DNA of 64,000 nt from Parasitella parasitica NRRL 2501. Lineage: Eukaryota; Fungi; Mucoromycota. Each line of letters opens with the position of its first letter. Within the stretch, counting starts at the first letter, position 1. The translations under genes were made by a program, and so were the position numbers. Shown here in pieces: positions 11,401 through 24,025 of the stretch. The DNA is taken from positions 166,253 to 230,252 of the forward strand of contig MU619264.1 of assembly GCA_025201805.1 (NCBI GenBank), given 5' to 3'. The notes beneath the pieces were generated by a model, which saw only the letters and a program-made list of their open reading frames with translations, was not told where the DNA came from and made no database searches.

Positions 11401-13445
11401 TGTCAGGATCAACAACAGACCTCCCTAAAACATCCAATATTCCACCAGCCCCACCATTACCCGGGAATGAAGCAACGTTACCCCCTCCACCACCTCCTCC
11501 ACCATCAGTTCCTTCACCGCCAGCCACACCAGGTGTGGCAACCAACATGGCTGCTCCTCGCAAATATCTCAAACATCTGCCATCTGTTAAAACTCGCCAA
11601 TTACAATGGCAAAAGCTTAGCGCGAACCGTATTGGCACAACATTGTGGAAATCAGCGGCGGATGAAGAAAAAGAAGAAGCTTTGGAGTCCTTGTTTGACG
11701 CCGAAGGCATTTTCGATCGCATGGAAGAGGTGTTTGCTCAAAAGATCATTGCTCCTAAACCCGCTGCTAAAAAGGAAAAGCGTCCAGAAATATTCATTAT
11801 TGATGCCCGTAAAGCGTACAATATCAGTAAGTGTGCACGATTGTTTCGATACCTGCATTGGACCTAATCCTTCTTTTGAACAAAAAAAGGTATTGCAGTG
11901 CTTGCCAAGTGCAAAAACGTTCCCTTTGAGGATTGCAAGAAAAAAATATTGGCATTTGACGAAAAGTTTTGTACTGAGGTCATGCTGAGGAATTTATTAG
12001 CAAATGCTCCTTCCCACGACGAAATGGGCAAGTTGTCTGTATTCTTGAAAACAGCGTCCGAAGAAGATCTCGAGTGTCTGTCAAAGCCGGATGCATTCTG
12101 TGCAGAGGTAAAAAGTTGCTTATTCTATTTACGATTCACTGTTGCTCATGCGAGCCCCTTTTGTAGATTATCTCCATTGATCGGTTCAAGGAACGTCTTG
12201 CCAACATGCTTTTTATCACAACTTTCCATGAAAGAATCACTCAACTGGGTAGAAACATGGCTAATGTCATGGATGCTTCAACAATGTTGAAAGATTCTCA
12301 ATCATTCATCGATTTTTTGAACGTAAGTTGTAATTGTAAAGTAAAATGTTCATTTACTCAACCGCAACCCAGATCATTCTAATGGTGGGCAACTTTTTGA
12401 ACGGCACTAACTTTCAAGGTGGTGCCTTTGGTATCCGTATCAGCAGTATCAATAAGCTCGTGGATACTCGAGCAACTAGTAACGACACTACATTGCTGCA
12501 TTTCTTGTGTATAATGATCGAGGAAAAATTCCCAGATATCAGTAAAAATCTGTTGAAAGATCTCGAGCTTTGTGGAGAGGCATGTAGAGGTAACTTTGTA
12601 TTAACATCATATATGATATCTCGAGTCTTACAAATGACAACTATCATTTTAGTAAGCATTCAAGACTTGATCAAAGATTACAACGAGCTGCGTGTTGGGC
12701 TTCAAACGTTAATTCATGAGCTTGATTGCCACTACAGCCATGATTACGAAGCCATGCCCGGAGATGGCTTCGCATCCGCCATGTATAAATTCCGTGATCG
12801 TGCCATTGAAAAGTTTGATCAGCTTGAGGTGAGATATACTTCTATGGATGTCGCTTATAAGGATGTTGTTTCGTATTTCGGCGAAGACCCTGGTAATATG
12901 AAACCAGACGAGTTCTTTGGTATTTTCCAAACATTCACATCGAGCTGGAACAAGGCGAAATCTGATATCGAAATGCAACAAAAGAAGAAGGAACAAGCAG
13001 AAAAGGCGAGAGAGTTACAAGCTCAACGTAAAATTCGCCTCAATAACCGATTGGATATTAAGGATGGTAAGCATAATGAACTATAATAACAAACTTGACA
13101 AAGACTTGACATCGTTTAAAAAAAAAAGGTGTATCTGAAAATCAAGAAGACAAGGACATTATGGACAATTTATTACAGAAATTACGATCCGGAGAGATGG
13201 CTACAACTTCATCACAAAGAAAGATCCGTAGAACGTCCATTAGAGAAAGAAGAAAATCACGAGCAGAATCTATGGTAGTGAAAGCTGAAGATTTACTACG
13301 ACATATACAGAATGAGGAAGAATCACCACCACTACCAAGAGCTGCAAGAAGTGGATCTAGGAGGTTTACAAGTTCTGAGCGTATGAAAAAGTTGGCTTCC
13401 CTGGCTGATAACAATAACGGGGAGGAAGTTTCTGTTAATATATAG
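8433..13445 (+). CDS. Diaphanous-related formin (GBD/FH3, FH1, FH2, DAD)
   Basis: Multi-exon. GBD/FH3 (LAVGLRTMPLxW, ILKCFKALLNN, RIHLRNQM), polyproline FH1 (~11270-11530), FH2 (LQWQKL, IIDARKAYNI, LMVGNFLNG...GFxISSINKLVDT, YFGED...FFGIFQTF) and DAD (MDNLLQKLRSG). Internal exon boundaries not all verified. Confidence 0.93.
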
Positions 13446-14195
13446 ACATCTATGCACTGTATATGTTTATGTTTACTGCTACTTATTACCGCTTCACTAA
13501 TAATCAAACTAAGAATGCACGCATGAATAAAGAAAGATACAGAGTAAATAAACCAGGAATAATATCTATAGCTTGCTGTTCTATATATTTTCATTATGAT
13601 GTGCAACACGTATACTTGAATGAGAATCATGTCGAAAAATATCAGTGTTTAGAGTTGTTTTCAAAAGGACATCCTAATATTTTAAAAATCTTTATACACA
13701 TTCAGTAAATGTTGCAACTCCCTGAGCGAATTTGAAGGTTAATGTGCCAATTTGAAGTGTTTTGCCGCATGTTTGCAGCACCAGTTATTGGCCTCTTAAA
13801 GCTTTACATAACAGCTCATCAATCTCAAATTCTTTCAATATTATAAGCTTAATAAGTTGAAAAAAAAAAAAAAAAAAAAGACAGAATAAGGCCTGTGTGA
13901 AGCATGTAACAACACATTTCAAATGAGAAATAACCCTGGGTTTTAATCAGGTGAAATTGTAAATGTAATAGGTATAAACGTTGGTCTTCGTGTTGATTGT
14001 TGTTCCCTTTCCTCTTTTCTTTTGAAACAGTTTTCTGTTGGTGCTATTCAGTAATAGAGAGCCAAAAAGCTAGACTTTTCAAATCCCTTGTTTTTCCGGC
14101 AAATAACACACTAGTTACCATGTAAGACATGCTCAGCTTGACTCCTTTCCGGCTTGTATGTAGCTAACCAAGAAAACTTTAGTACTTTTATATAA

Positions 14196-17100
14196 ATGGC
14201 TTCTAACAAAGGGGAACCCGACGCATCCTCGTTGTTTCGAGATTTACCTAGCGATGACCCGTTCAGCCAGTTGCAGGAACAACAGCAGCAAAAGCAGCAA
14301 CAGCAGCAAAATCCTGCCTCGGAAGCAGTAGCAAAACTAGACGATAAACAAGCTGCTGTCGCCCAAAAGCAGCAATCTACATCAGTGGCAGGCGATGCCT
14401 CAAGTTTATTCGGTAACAGTGGAAGTGGGAGTGCTGATTTATTCTTTTCATCTGCCACCGCAACTGCTCACACTACTTCGCAACCCGAAGCAGGCAACGC
14501 GTCTGCAGCTTCATTTTTTCAGCAAGCACCCAACTCCTTTTTTGATGGTTTGAGTCAAAATCAGATTTCAGATTTGACTCAGTCAAATGGTCAAGAGAGC
14601 CAAACACAGCAATCAGCTACCCCTGCTTCTTCTTTGGCTCAAGCTTATGACCCGAATGTCTATGGTAACTATGATTATAGTCAACAACAATCAGAGCAGT
14701 TGCTAGGCGACGGAGGAGAGCAGCAACAATACGACGAATCTCAGTGGATCCAATTTGACCCTAATCAGCATTATTACTACGACGAACAAGGTCAAGTTCA
14801 TTATTACGACCCCAATACCAATCAAGAATATGACATGAGTCAATATGATTACCAATATGATCCTCAGTATGCAGATTATTATGCTCAGCAAGGGTACGAC
14901 CCTAATGCTTACGCTGCCGTTGATAACACTGGTACAGCCGACCATCAGCAACAGCAAGAGCAACAACAAGAGCAACAGCAACAGCAGCAACAGCAATATA
15001 CGCCAGTTCAAGATAGCTATGATCCTAATGCGTATGCGCCTAGTGTCGTCGATCCTCAGCATCTTCAGTCGGCTACTGCTATAGCTCCTCCTGCCAGTAA
15101 TCAGCAAAATTATTATTCAAGCAATTATGCAACTCAGCCAAACGAAATGAACCAGTATCAACAGAGCTATCAGCCTCAATCATACGCCTCTGTCAATAAT
15201 ACAGTTGCTCAAGTACCTGCCCAAGTTCAGTCTGAGCAAACGATTAGTGCTCAACACTATGCAACTGACGAACAGCAAGAACAAAATGGCGTACAAAGTT
15301 ATGCTCCTGTAGACGCACCTATTGACCAACAACAAACTTTCAACTATCAACCATATGATTCTACTACTGTCATCGCCACTGCGATTGCTAATGACAATAG
15401 TATTACTGACTTTCAACAGCAGCAATACCATCAAGATAATGCGTATGCTCCAGCTGAGCTCAGTAATAGCAATTATTCTCAAATTGACACAAATTTTGAA
15501 GCCGAAGATTTGCAACAGTATCAACCACCTCCTCCTCTAAGAGATGTTGGTCCTCCCAAGAATGCTTTATCTCCACCCCCTCCACCGCCTAAGCAAGAGA
15601 CGAGTTCACTTGCGCAAGGACCTACCCCATTACCACCAAGATCAGCTGTTGTCTCTCCTCCCCCGGCCAATACCCTATCTACAACCATTCCCCAAAGAGA
15701 TTCATTCGATTTGAACGATGTATCCGAGCAATCAGAACAACATTACCAAGGACACGAAGCACCCAAAGAAGATTTGAATGATCTGGACGATCTAGTGTTA
15801 GGCGGTTCTAAAAGTGAGCAAGTATTTGACAAGACTGATCTTTCGGCTGCGACAGACGATAGATACGGCTCTCAGGAGACAGCAGATAATTTAGAGCAGC
15901 CTACAGAGCAATCAGGACATGTAAGTGGTGATCCATCGGTCCTAACTTTTGCCACTGAAGATCAAAAAGTGCCTGAAAAGGAGACCATGGAGCCTCAAAT
16001 TACTGCGCAGCATGGACATCTGAACCTTGCTGCTGAACCCTCAGAGGAATCCAAATCAATCACTCAGTCAACTGTGCCTGAGGAGCAAAGTCTATCAAAT
16101 GTTTCCAGTGTACCGGATCAATCTGCCACTTATGACTTTAGTTACGGCTACGAACCTTCTGCTCCATCTGCCGAGAATACTCACGAATCTGATCAAGCCA
16201 TTAGCTTTGAATCTCATCCTGTTGCAAATTATGAGCCTCCAGAAACTTCTGTATTCGATCCACAACAAACAACTGCCTATGAGCCAGATCACACTGCTAG
16301 TTATGAGCCGACTTCAACGTATGAGCCTCCTCAACAGGAAGCTGCGAACTATGAAACTCAACAGCAACTAAACAATTATGAGCCTCAACAAGTTTCTGGT
16401 TACGAACCTCAACAAACTAGTTCGTATCAAACTTATGAATCATCGGCTGGTTACACGACTCAATCGACTAATGCCTGCGACCCATCCTCTGCTACTCTTG
16501 TCGCAGGAGGTTATGAATCACAGGACCAAAGTGGAGGCTATGATCCGACATCAACTAATTATAACACCACATCTTCACCACCTTCTCATGCGGGATCCGT
16601 TAGGAGCGTTGCTTCGCCTCCACCTCCAATGCAGCAAAGCTACTCACAGAGAGCCAACGGCATTACTGAACAGGACCGCCGCTATCACAGCGGTTCTCCC
16701 TTTGCGGGTCGCTATGGCAACTCACAGTATCCGACAATGGAAAGATCTGCCACAGTGCCGCCACCAATAACTGAGCGTATGGCCTCGCCTAGACCTCCAT
16801 TGATCCCTTGCCCTGATCGTCTTTGTGAAGGAGAAAACAAACCCAAAGCCAAGTTTTGCTGCGAATGTGGTCGTCCCTTGGCTGGTATTTCTAGATCCAC
16901 CACGCCTTCGGCTATATCGCCAAGCACCTATAGTCATAATGTGGAAGGATTTAGCCCCATGTCCTCTGCTGTATTTGGTGCGGCTGCAGAACCTCCCTCT
17001 TATCGCACTGCGCTTGACGACAAAAAGGATGCTATGGTAGCTAGCTTGAAGCAGTTTGTAGAGGGCTCTGTAGTCATTCAGAGCAATTTGGACGACCAAG

Positions 17101-19565
17101 AAAAACGTAAACGTGCTTTGTCATACATTGAAAGTCGCTTGATGTCTTTTGATAGCAATGAGGAGAGTAAGGCTCTTTTGTGGCGTGTTGTTAAATCAAT
17201 GATGGAGCACCAGGAAAATATGCTGGGTGATGGGTAAGTGTTACAGAAGGAGAGAAACTCAACTAATCGTTCATTGACACGCCGAGTAGTGGTGAATTGG
17301 ATAAATCTATCATTGCCTTGGTGTCATCTGCAGCCGACAACAGCACCAGTCATGCTTCCGCTGGACGCTTGGATGAGTTGGAGGCTTTCTTGACTAAAGG
17401 CGACCGCGAAGGGGCATGCCAATTCGCTAAAGATTACGATATGTGGGCTCATGCTTTGGTCATTGCCACTAGCGTAGAGGATGACCTTTTCAAAAAGACT
17501 GTAACTCAGTTCATCCATAGAGAGCTGTTCTCTTCTGATGCTGAGCTGGCCCCTCAGATCCCCGGCGACAAAAAGGCATTGCGTATGTTGTATTCCGTTT
17601 TCAACGGTGCCGGTGCAAATGCGGGTAAGACAAGAGCTATTCTTATGATCAAACATTGACCACAAGTAACCAAAATCACCAACAGTTTCTGAGTATGCAA
17701 AGACGACTTTTTCTAGCGAGGCCGTATACACAGAGGAGACACTGCATGGGTGGCAATCAGCGTTGTCATTGGTTTTAGCCAATCGCTCTGCCAATGATCA
17801 AGCAGCTATTCAGGGTCTCGGTGATCAGTTGAATCTGTTGAACAAGAGTTATGAGGCCCGTTTATGGTAAGACATCATGATTCACGATCTGTTTGTTGTT
17901 GCTAAATCACATTTTAGCTATCTGTTATCACCCGACGTGTCTGGTCTAGACAACAGCAAGATGATAGGCGATGACATGTACACGGATCTGGATGCGCTGT
18001 ACCTTCTAGAGTTGTACGAATTCACATCAAAGGCTTCGGTCCAGCAAGATTTCAAGTTGATTTTAGCTTGGTGGCTTACTGAGCTCGGTTTTGTCAAAGA
18101 ATCAAAGGAATACATTGACTCCATCGGCCAAAACATTGATGCCTCTGCTCTTGACCACCTAAAGCTCATTGGTGATGTTGGCGCTTCTGAATGGTAAGTT
18201 ATTTGCGTTAGTAATGATAGACCTGTTCTTTCTAAATGCCTATAAAACATGCAGTGAGGACGTTACATCTTTGTTGAATAGACAAAACTTTGATGCATTA
18301 ATTGGTGCGATTGAAGAAAAGGTGAATTCACAGTCTAGTTATTATGGCTACGGTGGTCAAGGTTAGTTGTGTGTGTGTATCGTAGAACATATCATTCACA
18401 TCTTTAAACACGAAATTTTTCTAGGCTATAGCGTCAGTCAAACACATGCTTACACTGGAGAAGAGACAACAGGTGATTCCCTTCAACAGGATGGGCTTAA
18501 TTACGGTTATGGGTATGGGGGCGGTTACATTGAACCTGCTGATGCCACCAGGCCTCCGGCTCCTACTGTTCCTGCTGCTGTAACATCTCCATTTGGAAAG
18601 TCAAAAAGCATTCAATCACCCTTCCAGGCTAATGTCCAGCCGGTATCATCACCATTCGGTATCCAGAATAGATCTCCTGCTGGTGCTGCCACTGCAGTTA
18701 CGTCTCCGTTTGGTCAACCTACTTCTGCAACTAATGATAGTAGTCATGGTGCATGGTGGGCAGGATCAGATGCCAACCAAACCGAAAATCAGCAAAACAG
18801 TTATCAACCGTACCAGCCTGAAACGGACGCTAGCACAAGCTATCAGCCTGATGCATACGCACCTGCAGATACAACAACAGCATCAGCGTCAGCACCTACA
18901 GAAAACACAAAAATGTCATCTTGGGGCGACGACGATGAAGATTTAGGCTTCGGAAACTCCAAATCCAAGAAGAAGTCAGATAACGACAACGATACCAAGA
19001 CAACCGATAGTACAGTGAAGGAAAAGCCCAACCAAATAGACGACATGAAGGACAAAGAAAAGACTGAAAAGACCAGCGGTGGTGGTTGGGGTATATTCAG
19101 TCTCTTTGGCCGTAAAGAAAAGGACCAAAATACTGACGAAAAGAAGGCTGTGAAGGCTAATTTGGGCGAAGAAAATGCATTTTATTTCGACGAAAAAGAG
19201 CAGCGATGGGTCAACAAACTTGTAAGTTGTATATAATGTCTCCAGAGGGGGGGTTTTTTTTTACTAATAGATAAAAAACCAAATAGAATGATTCAAAGCC
19301 TGTTGCTGCTGCGCTTCCTCCTCCTCCCAAAGCCGCTACACCACAACCTCCTTCCGCCGCTCACCCTATGGCCCCTCCTTCAATGGGACTAAAGCCAAGC
19401 AGTATCCCTCCTCCCCGTATTGGTTCCGCACCTAATGTACCATCCATTTCGGGCGGAACTCCTCCCGCATTTAGCACACCACCAGCCGGTAAAAGAGCAG
19501 CAGGTGGTTCCAGAAAACCAATGCGGTCCCGCTATGTAGATGTATTCAAGACAGATCAAGCGTAG
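14196..19565 (+). CDS. SEC16: COPII coat assembly protein Sec16
   Basis: Long Q/Y/P-rich disordered N-terminus, central conserved domain (LTKGDREGACQFA...MWAHALVIA, WQSALSLVLANRS, IQGLGDQL), then GWGIFSLF, KANLGEENAFYFDEKEQRWVNK and terminal RSRYVDVF. Multi-exon. Confidence 0.88.
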
Positions 19566-19697
19566 CTCTCTTTAAAAGAGTGCCAATACTAAATAAAATT
19601 TATACGCTATCCCATAAAAATAACCTTCACAGACGTGTATATGTGTGTGTGTTTTATTTCCTATGTTTATTTAGAGACTATATATGTTATGATGAAG

Positions 19698-21480
19698 TTA
19701 GAGAGTAAGGATAGCTTGGGATTCTTTCTCTTCTTCTTCCATGGCAGAAGAAGGGTGTGATAAACCAGCTTCATCAAAGTTTGACAAATCAACCAAACGG
19801 TAATCTTCTCTAAATAATGTAGTTTGCACAAATTGCTGTAATTGTTGTGGTGTCCATCCGTCTTCAACTGCCTTGTCAAGGCCACCTCGTCTCTCGATCT
19901 CTTTCTGTAGTAATGCTTCTGATTTTTTAACCGCTAAACGGTAAGTAAAGATGTCTCTGCGTTGCTGTGTGATGGACTCTAACTCATTATCTAAAACTGC
20001 TTCCAAGTCATCAAAGTAATTCATCTTTAGCTCCAATTTCTTGACCTCCGTATCGACTACTGAATGCACAAGGCGGCGGATCTCGCGCTCTTCAATATTT
20101 GACAGAGATTTAGCCTTGGCAGCAGCAGAGCCTAATGCGACAGAGGCTGCTTTTTCAATGGCTGTGCGAGGCTTCTTTACTTCCTTATCGACCTCCATAT
20201 CATCAACATCTGGCTCACATTGGCCTCTCTTTTTTGCTTGTTGCTGTTCCTGACAGACAATTGCAGCATCTGCAGCAGCAGACGCTACTTTGGGATCGAC
20301 AGCAGAGGCCAAGAAGGTTAAAATCGACATGACAGGGTTGTCCGCTTGGGAAAAAGGTGTGCGCTTGTGTTGCAATACTGAATGGTGCTCGTCTTGGTCG
20401 CGGTAAGGTTCGTCAATTGGCATCTGCAAAAAGTGGCATATGCATTGTTCTCGAGTTTTGGTGCCAACGTATTCTGCAATTGTGTTCCAGTCGTCGTCGT
20501 ACAGCTCGATAGCTTCCAGCAACAATAATGTTTCTTCGTCAGACCACGCTGCTTTGTCCTCGCTGCCGTGTTTGTAAGCATCTAATTCGTATTTAATAAA
20601 GTCGCTGCTGAAACTCGTAATGGGAAAGCGTCCATCCTTGTAACAAAGACGACAAAGGTCCATATTTTTGGTTTTTAGACTATGGTAGCGCTCGCGAGAA
20701 CAGTCGGCTCCACAGGTGTTGCAGTGGTATTGTCTAGTGTCTTTACCAGAATTGGATTCAAACACTTTCTGCCGTAATTCGACGTTCATTGTGGATGGTT
20801 TAGGTGCGTTGGCGGCTGCTACGCTTGGCTTGATGTTTGGCTTGAAAGGCGCAAGGCCGCGGGGTGTGTCTGCTGTTACTCTAAAATGTCCTGTGAATGG
20901 AGGGCCTACAGAGGAAGGCCATGTTGAAGGATCGCACTGTTATATAGATTTGTATCAATGAACGCTGATGCTTTTCACTGTTGTGTTGACTACAAACCTC
21001 AAAATTGATTAATCCCCATTGTTCCAAGAACGCGTGCACTCTCATAATCGCACACACATCACCGGCCAAGTTGCGTCTACAAGCAGTGACAGCTAGATAT
21101 TCTTTAGGGTTAAGGCGATAAGTGTTAATCATGAAATCACGATAATCCTGGTAAATCAAGGGCGTCTTAGAGAGGTTATTATTGGTAAAGAATTCTGGTA
21201 GAGAAACGCGTTCAATGTTGTGAATCGAGTTGATGTCGAACCAAGAGGTGTAGTGTGGAATATTGACAGGCTGTGTTTGGTCAGCAAGGTATTTACGAGC
21301 TTCTTCTAGTTCAATGTTGGCGCGAGGAGAAATTTGGTCTTGTTCTGATTTCTTGGCTTCAGGCTGCTCATTCTTTACGGCGCCTTGTTGGGCCAACGGA
21401 TTTTGCTGGTCGTTGGTGTTTGCAGGAGGCGATGATGGAGTAGTGTCCATAGGAGACGTCTTTGAGATTGGCTCTTCCAT
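19698..21480 (-). CDS. RSC8: SWI/SNF-RSC complex subunit of the Rsc8/Ssr2/Swi3 (SMARCC) family
   Basis: Exons 21480-20998 and 20936-19698. SWIRM (IPHYTSWF...[17 protein letters not shown]...[14 protein letters not shown]), ZZ-type finger (CNTCGADC...CRLCY), SANT ([14 protein letters not shown]), [11 protein letters not shown] and a C-terminal coiled coil. Confidence 0.93.
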
Positions 21481-22879
21481 TCTTCTTTTTCACGATTGTT
21501 TCCAAGGTATGAAAAAACACTTTTTTTTTTTTTTTCTCATTTGGATGCGTTTGGGCTGATTGTAAAGTGACGTAGAAATAAGTGGCACAATGATCACCCA
21601 GGAGAAATCGAGGATCTCACTTCTTTGGAGACCTGGCAGAAAGCACTTTTACAACATGTGTAAGCAATTTTCCTTGCATGCAATGTTAATACATCCAATA
21701 CATACAAGAAAATGCAATGAAATATTGACATTCACAAGCGTCAACGCCCTTAGATGTCGTCGTTTTCCCACCATCTTCCTGAAGGCGAGTACTGCATATT
21801 CTTTTATGCGTACCACTTTGAATGTATTCTACAAGACATCCTCAAATCAAGTGATAACGAGGCCGACAACATTGCAAACGAATGTAAGCATCCACCCATG
21901 GGCTAGGTTGAAAAAGGCAAGATACAACCAGGCCCAAAAGAAGTTCAGAGATACATGCCTAGTAGAGAGTTGGACCCTCCTCGTCGCCCGCCTGCCTGCC
22001 CCTCAAACGAACGCAGCAGTAGTATGAAAATAATAAGCAGACTCCAAGGTAGTAAAAAAGGTCCAAGAGTTATCAGAGTTGGTAGATGACATTTTTGACA
22101 TTTAATGCTCAGTCCGTTTATACAAGCAAAACCTATACGTATCAACTCATTTCTCCTCTCAAAGAATTGTTTTGCTGAAGATGGGATTCAAACCTGTTGC
22201 CTTTGAGACACTGACAACCATGTGACTCAAAAAAGGACACGATGGACTTAAAGCGGATGAAATCATGCTTCGAAAGGTCAAGCATTGTTGTACTTGATTT
22301 AAAAAGCCTCGTGGGATGATTTTAGGAGAAATGATACATATGTCTTTATCCACATTACAGCGGTGGAAATGCCGGGTTGGACAATCACTCCACATTAATT
22401 CACCACAACAGGAGTCATATTTTTTATATGGTGAAAATGAGCTCTTGTTGCTAAAAATACCCCTAGAGTAAAAATAACTGTTGTGTATTTAAAGAAAAAA
22501 AAAACGATTTGCATTCACTGTGCAAATGATTATATTCAATTTAGGGCTATATGCTGTGGAAAAAGAAAAGCACCACCCAGCAGCAATAGCAGCAGTAGCT
22601 TATTTGTCATTTTGTACATGTACATTGTATTATCACATATCTTGTGATGAATAAAAGAGAGACATACGTTCTGGTAACACAAATAGAATCAAAGTCGAGA
22701 TTTATTCTTGGCTTCTTTTTTAAGAAATCGAGGGCTTAAGATTTGGGAATCTAGACAGACCCGACAATCAAGATTTTCCCTGAAAAAAAAACATATAAAA
22801 GGAAAGGCAAATTCCAAGAGTTGTGTTTTGGTTTCTTATTTAATTTTTACACTACCAAACACAAGCAATATTAGCAAAA

Positions 22880-23059
22880 ATGTTCGTTTTCTTCAGTAAT
22901 CAAAAGCGCAACGTAGAAACTACATCAAAGACGACACCGTCAGACACTGGAAATCGCTCTAAAGAAACAGAAATAAAGCCTAATCAGACCAGTAATTTAT
23001 CATTCACAAATACCTATGTTTCTTTCCCAAGTTTGGATCCACCTCCAAAAGACAATTGA
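22880..23059 (+). CDS. Small hypothetical protein (59 aa) with a C-terminal YVSFPSLD motif; below the ORF-track cutoff
   Basis: Intact ORF MFVFFSNQKR...NTYVSFPSLDPPPKDN* with an A-rich start context and an upstream TATAAAA (~22794). Confidence 0.55.
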   Translation: MFVFFSNQKRNVETTSKTTPSDTGNRSKETEIKPNQTSNLSFTNTYVSFPSLDPPPKDN

Positions 23060-23683
23060 CTGGTCTGGCTCTAATTAAGCACCATATACCTTTTTTTACT
23101 TGCATTTATTATCTTTAAGCTAAATCAAACAATCACATATGTACAAAACTATATTCACCTTCCCCTTACAATCCTTTCCGTATTGACAACAACTTTTCTT
23201 ATGGCAGTTTATTTTATCCTTATTTATGTCTACATATACCTGAAATCTACTAATAAAAAATTATGTGTAAACAACACAAAACGCACTGGCATTATTTACA
23301 ATGTGATACAATACAATAGGCTGACTTCACGACAATTCTTTCAATAGATGAAAGTTCCCCTGCGACGACAACATTGAATCATTCGCTAAAAAGGGAAAAT
23401 ATACATGTAATCAGGGCACTCGCTTCACGTTGCAAATGACGACAAGACTGTAAAATGTCCAAAATCAAAATACAGTAGTTTGTTACATATTTAGAAACTA
23501 CGGTAATTTGAATATCCTTTTTGTTATCATCGAATTAGAACTGGATAAGACAAAACATGACAATGAATAAATTCGAGGGTTAGCTAAGATAGCAGCTGTT
23601 CAAGTTTTCTTTTTTTTCCTTTTTTTTTTTTTTTTTCATTCTACAAACCTATTATATACATTGCATATGATTATCAAATCATC

Positions 23684-24025
23684 ATGTCAATAACAACATC
23701 AACAAAGAATGCACAATCCCTGGAGACCAAGTTTTCAGATATGAGCCTGAAAAACAACGATTACAATGATCAGCCATTACGACGTTCAACCTACAATATT
23801 CTTGAAGCTTACGATAATAATATACCCCCAAACTCAAACTTGATGGACTCTTATTCAATCCATCCGCTTGAAAAAGTGTCTGATGGCTACTTTATGGATC
23901 TAGCTACTATTTCATTTAAACAAGAACCTCAAGGAGGTTTGAATACTATGATGGAAGATCTTAGTTTATCTCCAAATGATAGCAATGCTACGCAGCTGCG
24001 AAGATCGATGCCATATTATGTCTGA
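23684..24025 (+). CDS. Hypothetical protein (113 aa), S/N/D-rich
   Basis: Intronless ORF after a poly-T promoter tract with a good start context. The motifs LRRS and D[ML]SL each occur twice. No family recognised. Confidence 0.55.
   Translation: MSITTSTKNAQSLETKFSDMSLKNNDYNDQPLRRSTYNILEAYDNNIPPNSNLMDSYSIHPLEKVSDGYFMDLATISFKQEPQGGLNTMMEDLSLSPNDSNATQLRRSMPYYV

Noticed and set aside
11234-11722. Gly-rich antisense ORF, and similar antisense or off-frame ORFs over SEC16, NCL1, UTP17, OPT, the repeat protein and the mucin
   Set aside because: Shadows of the real coding strand or of low-complexity repeats.
23512-23521. ATATCCTTTT, a U12-like 5' splice motif
   Set aside because: Intergenic, with no TCCTTAAC branch point or exon context downstream.
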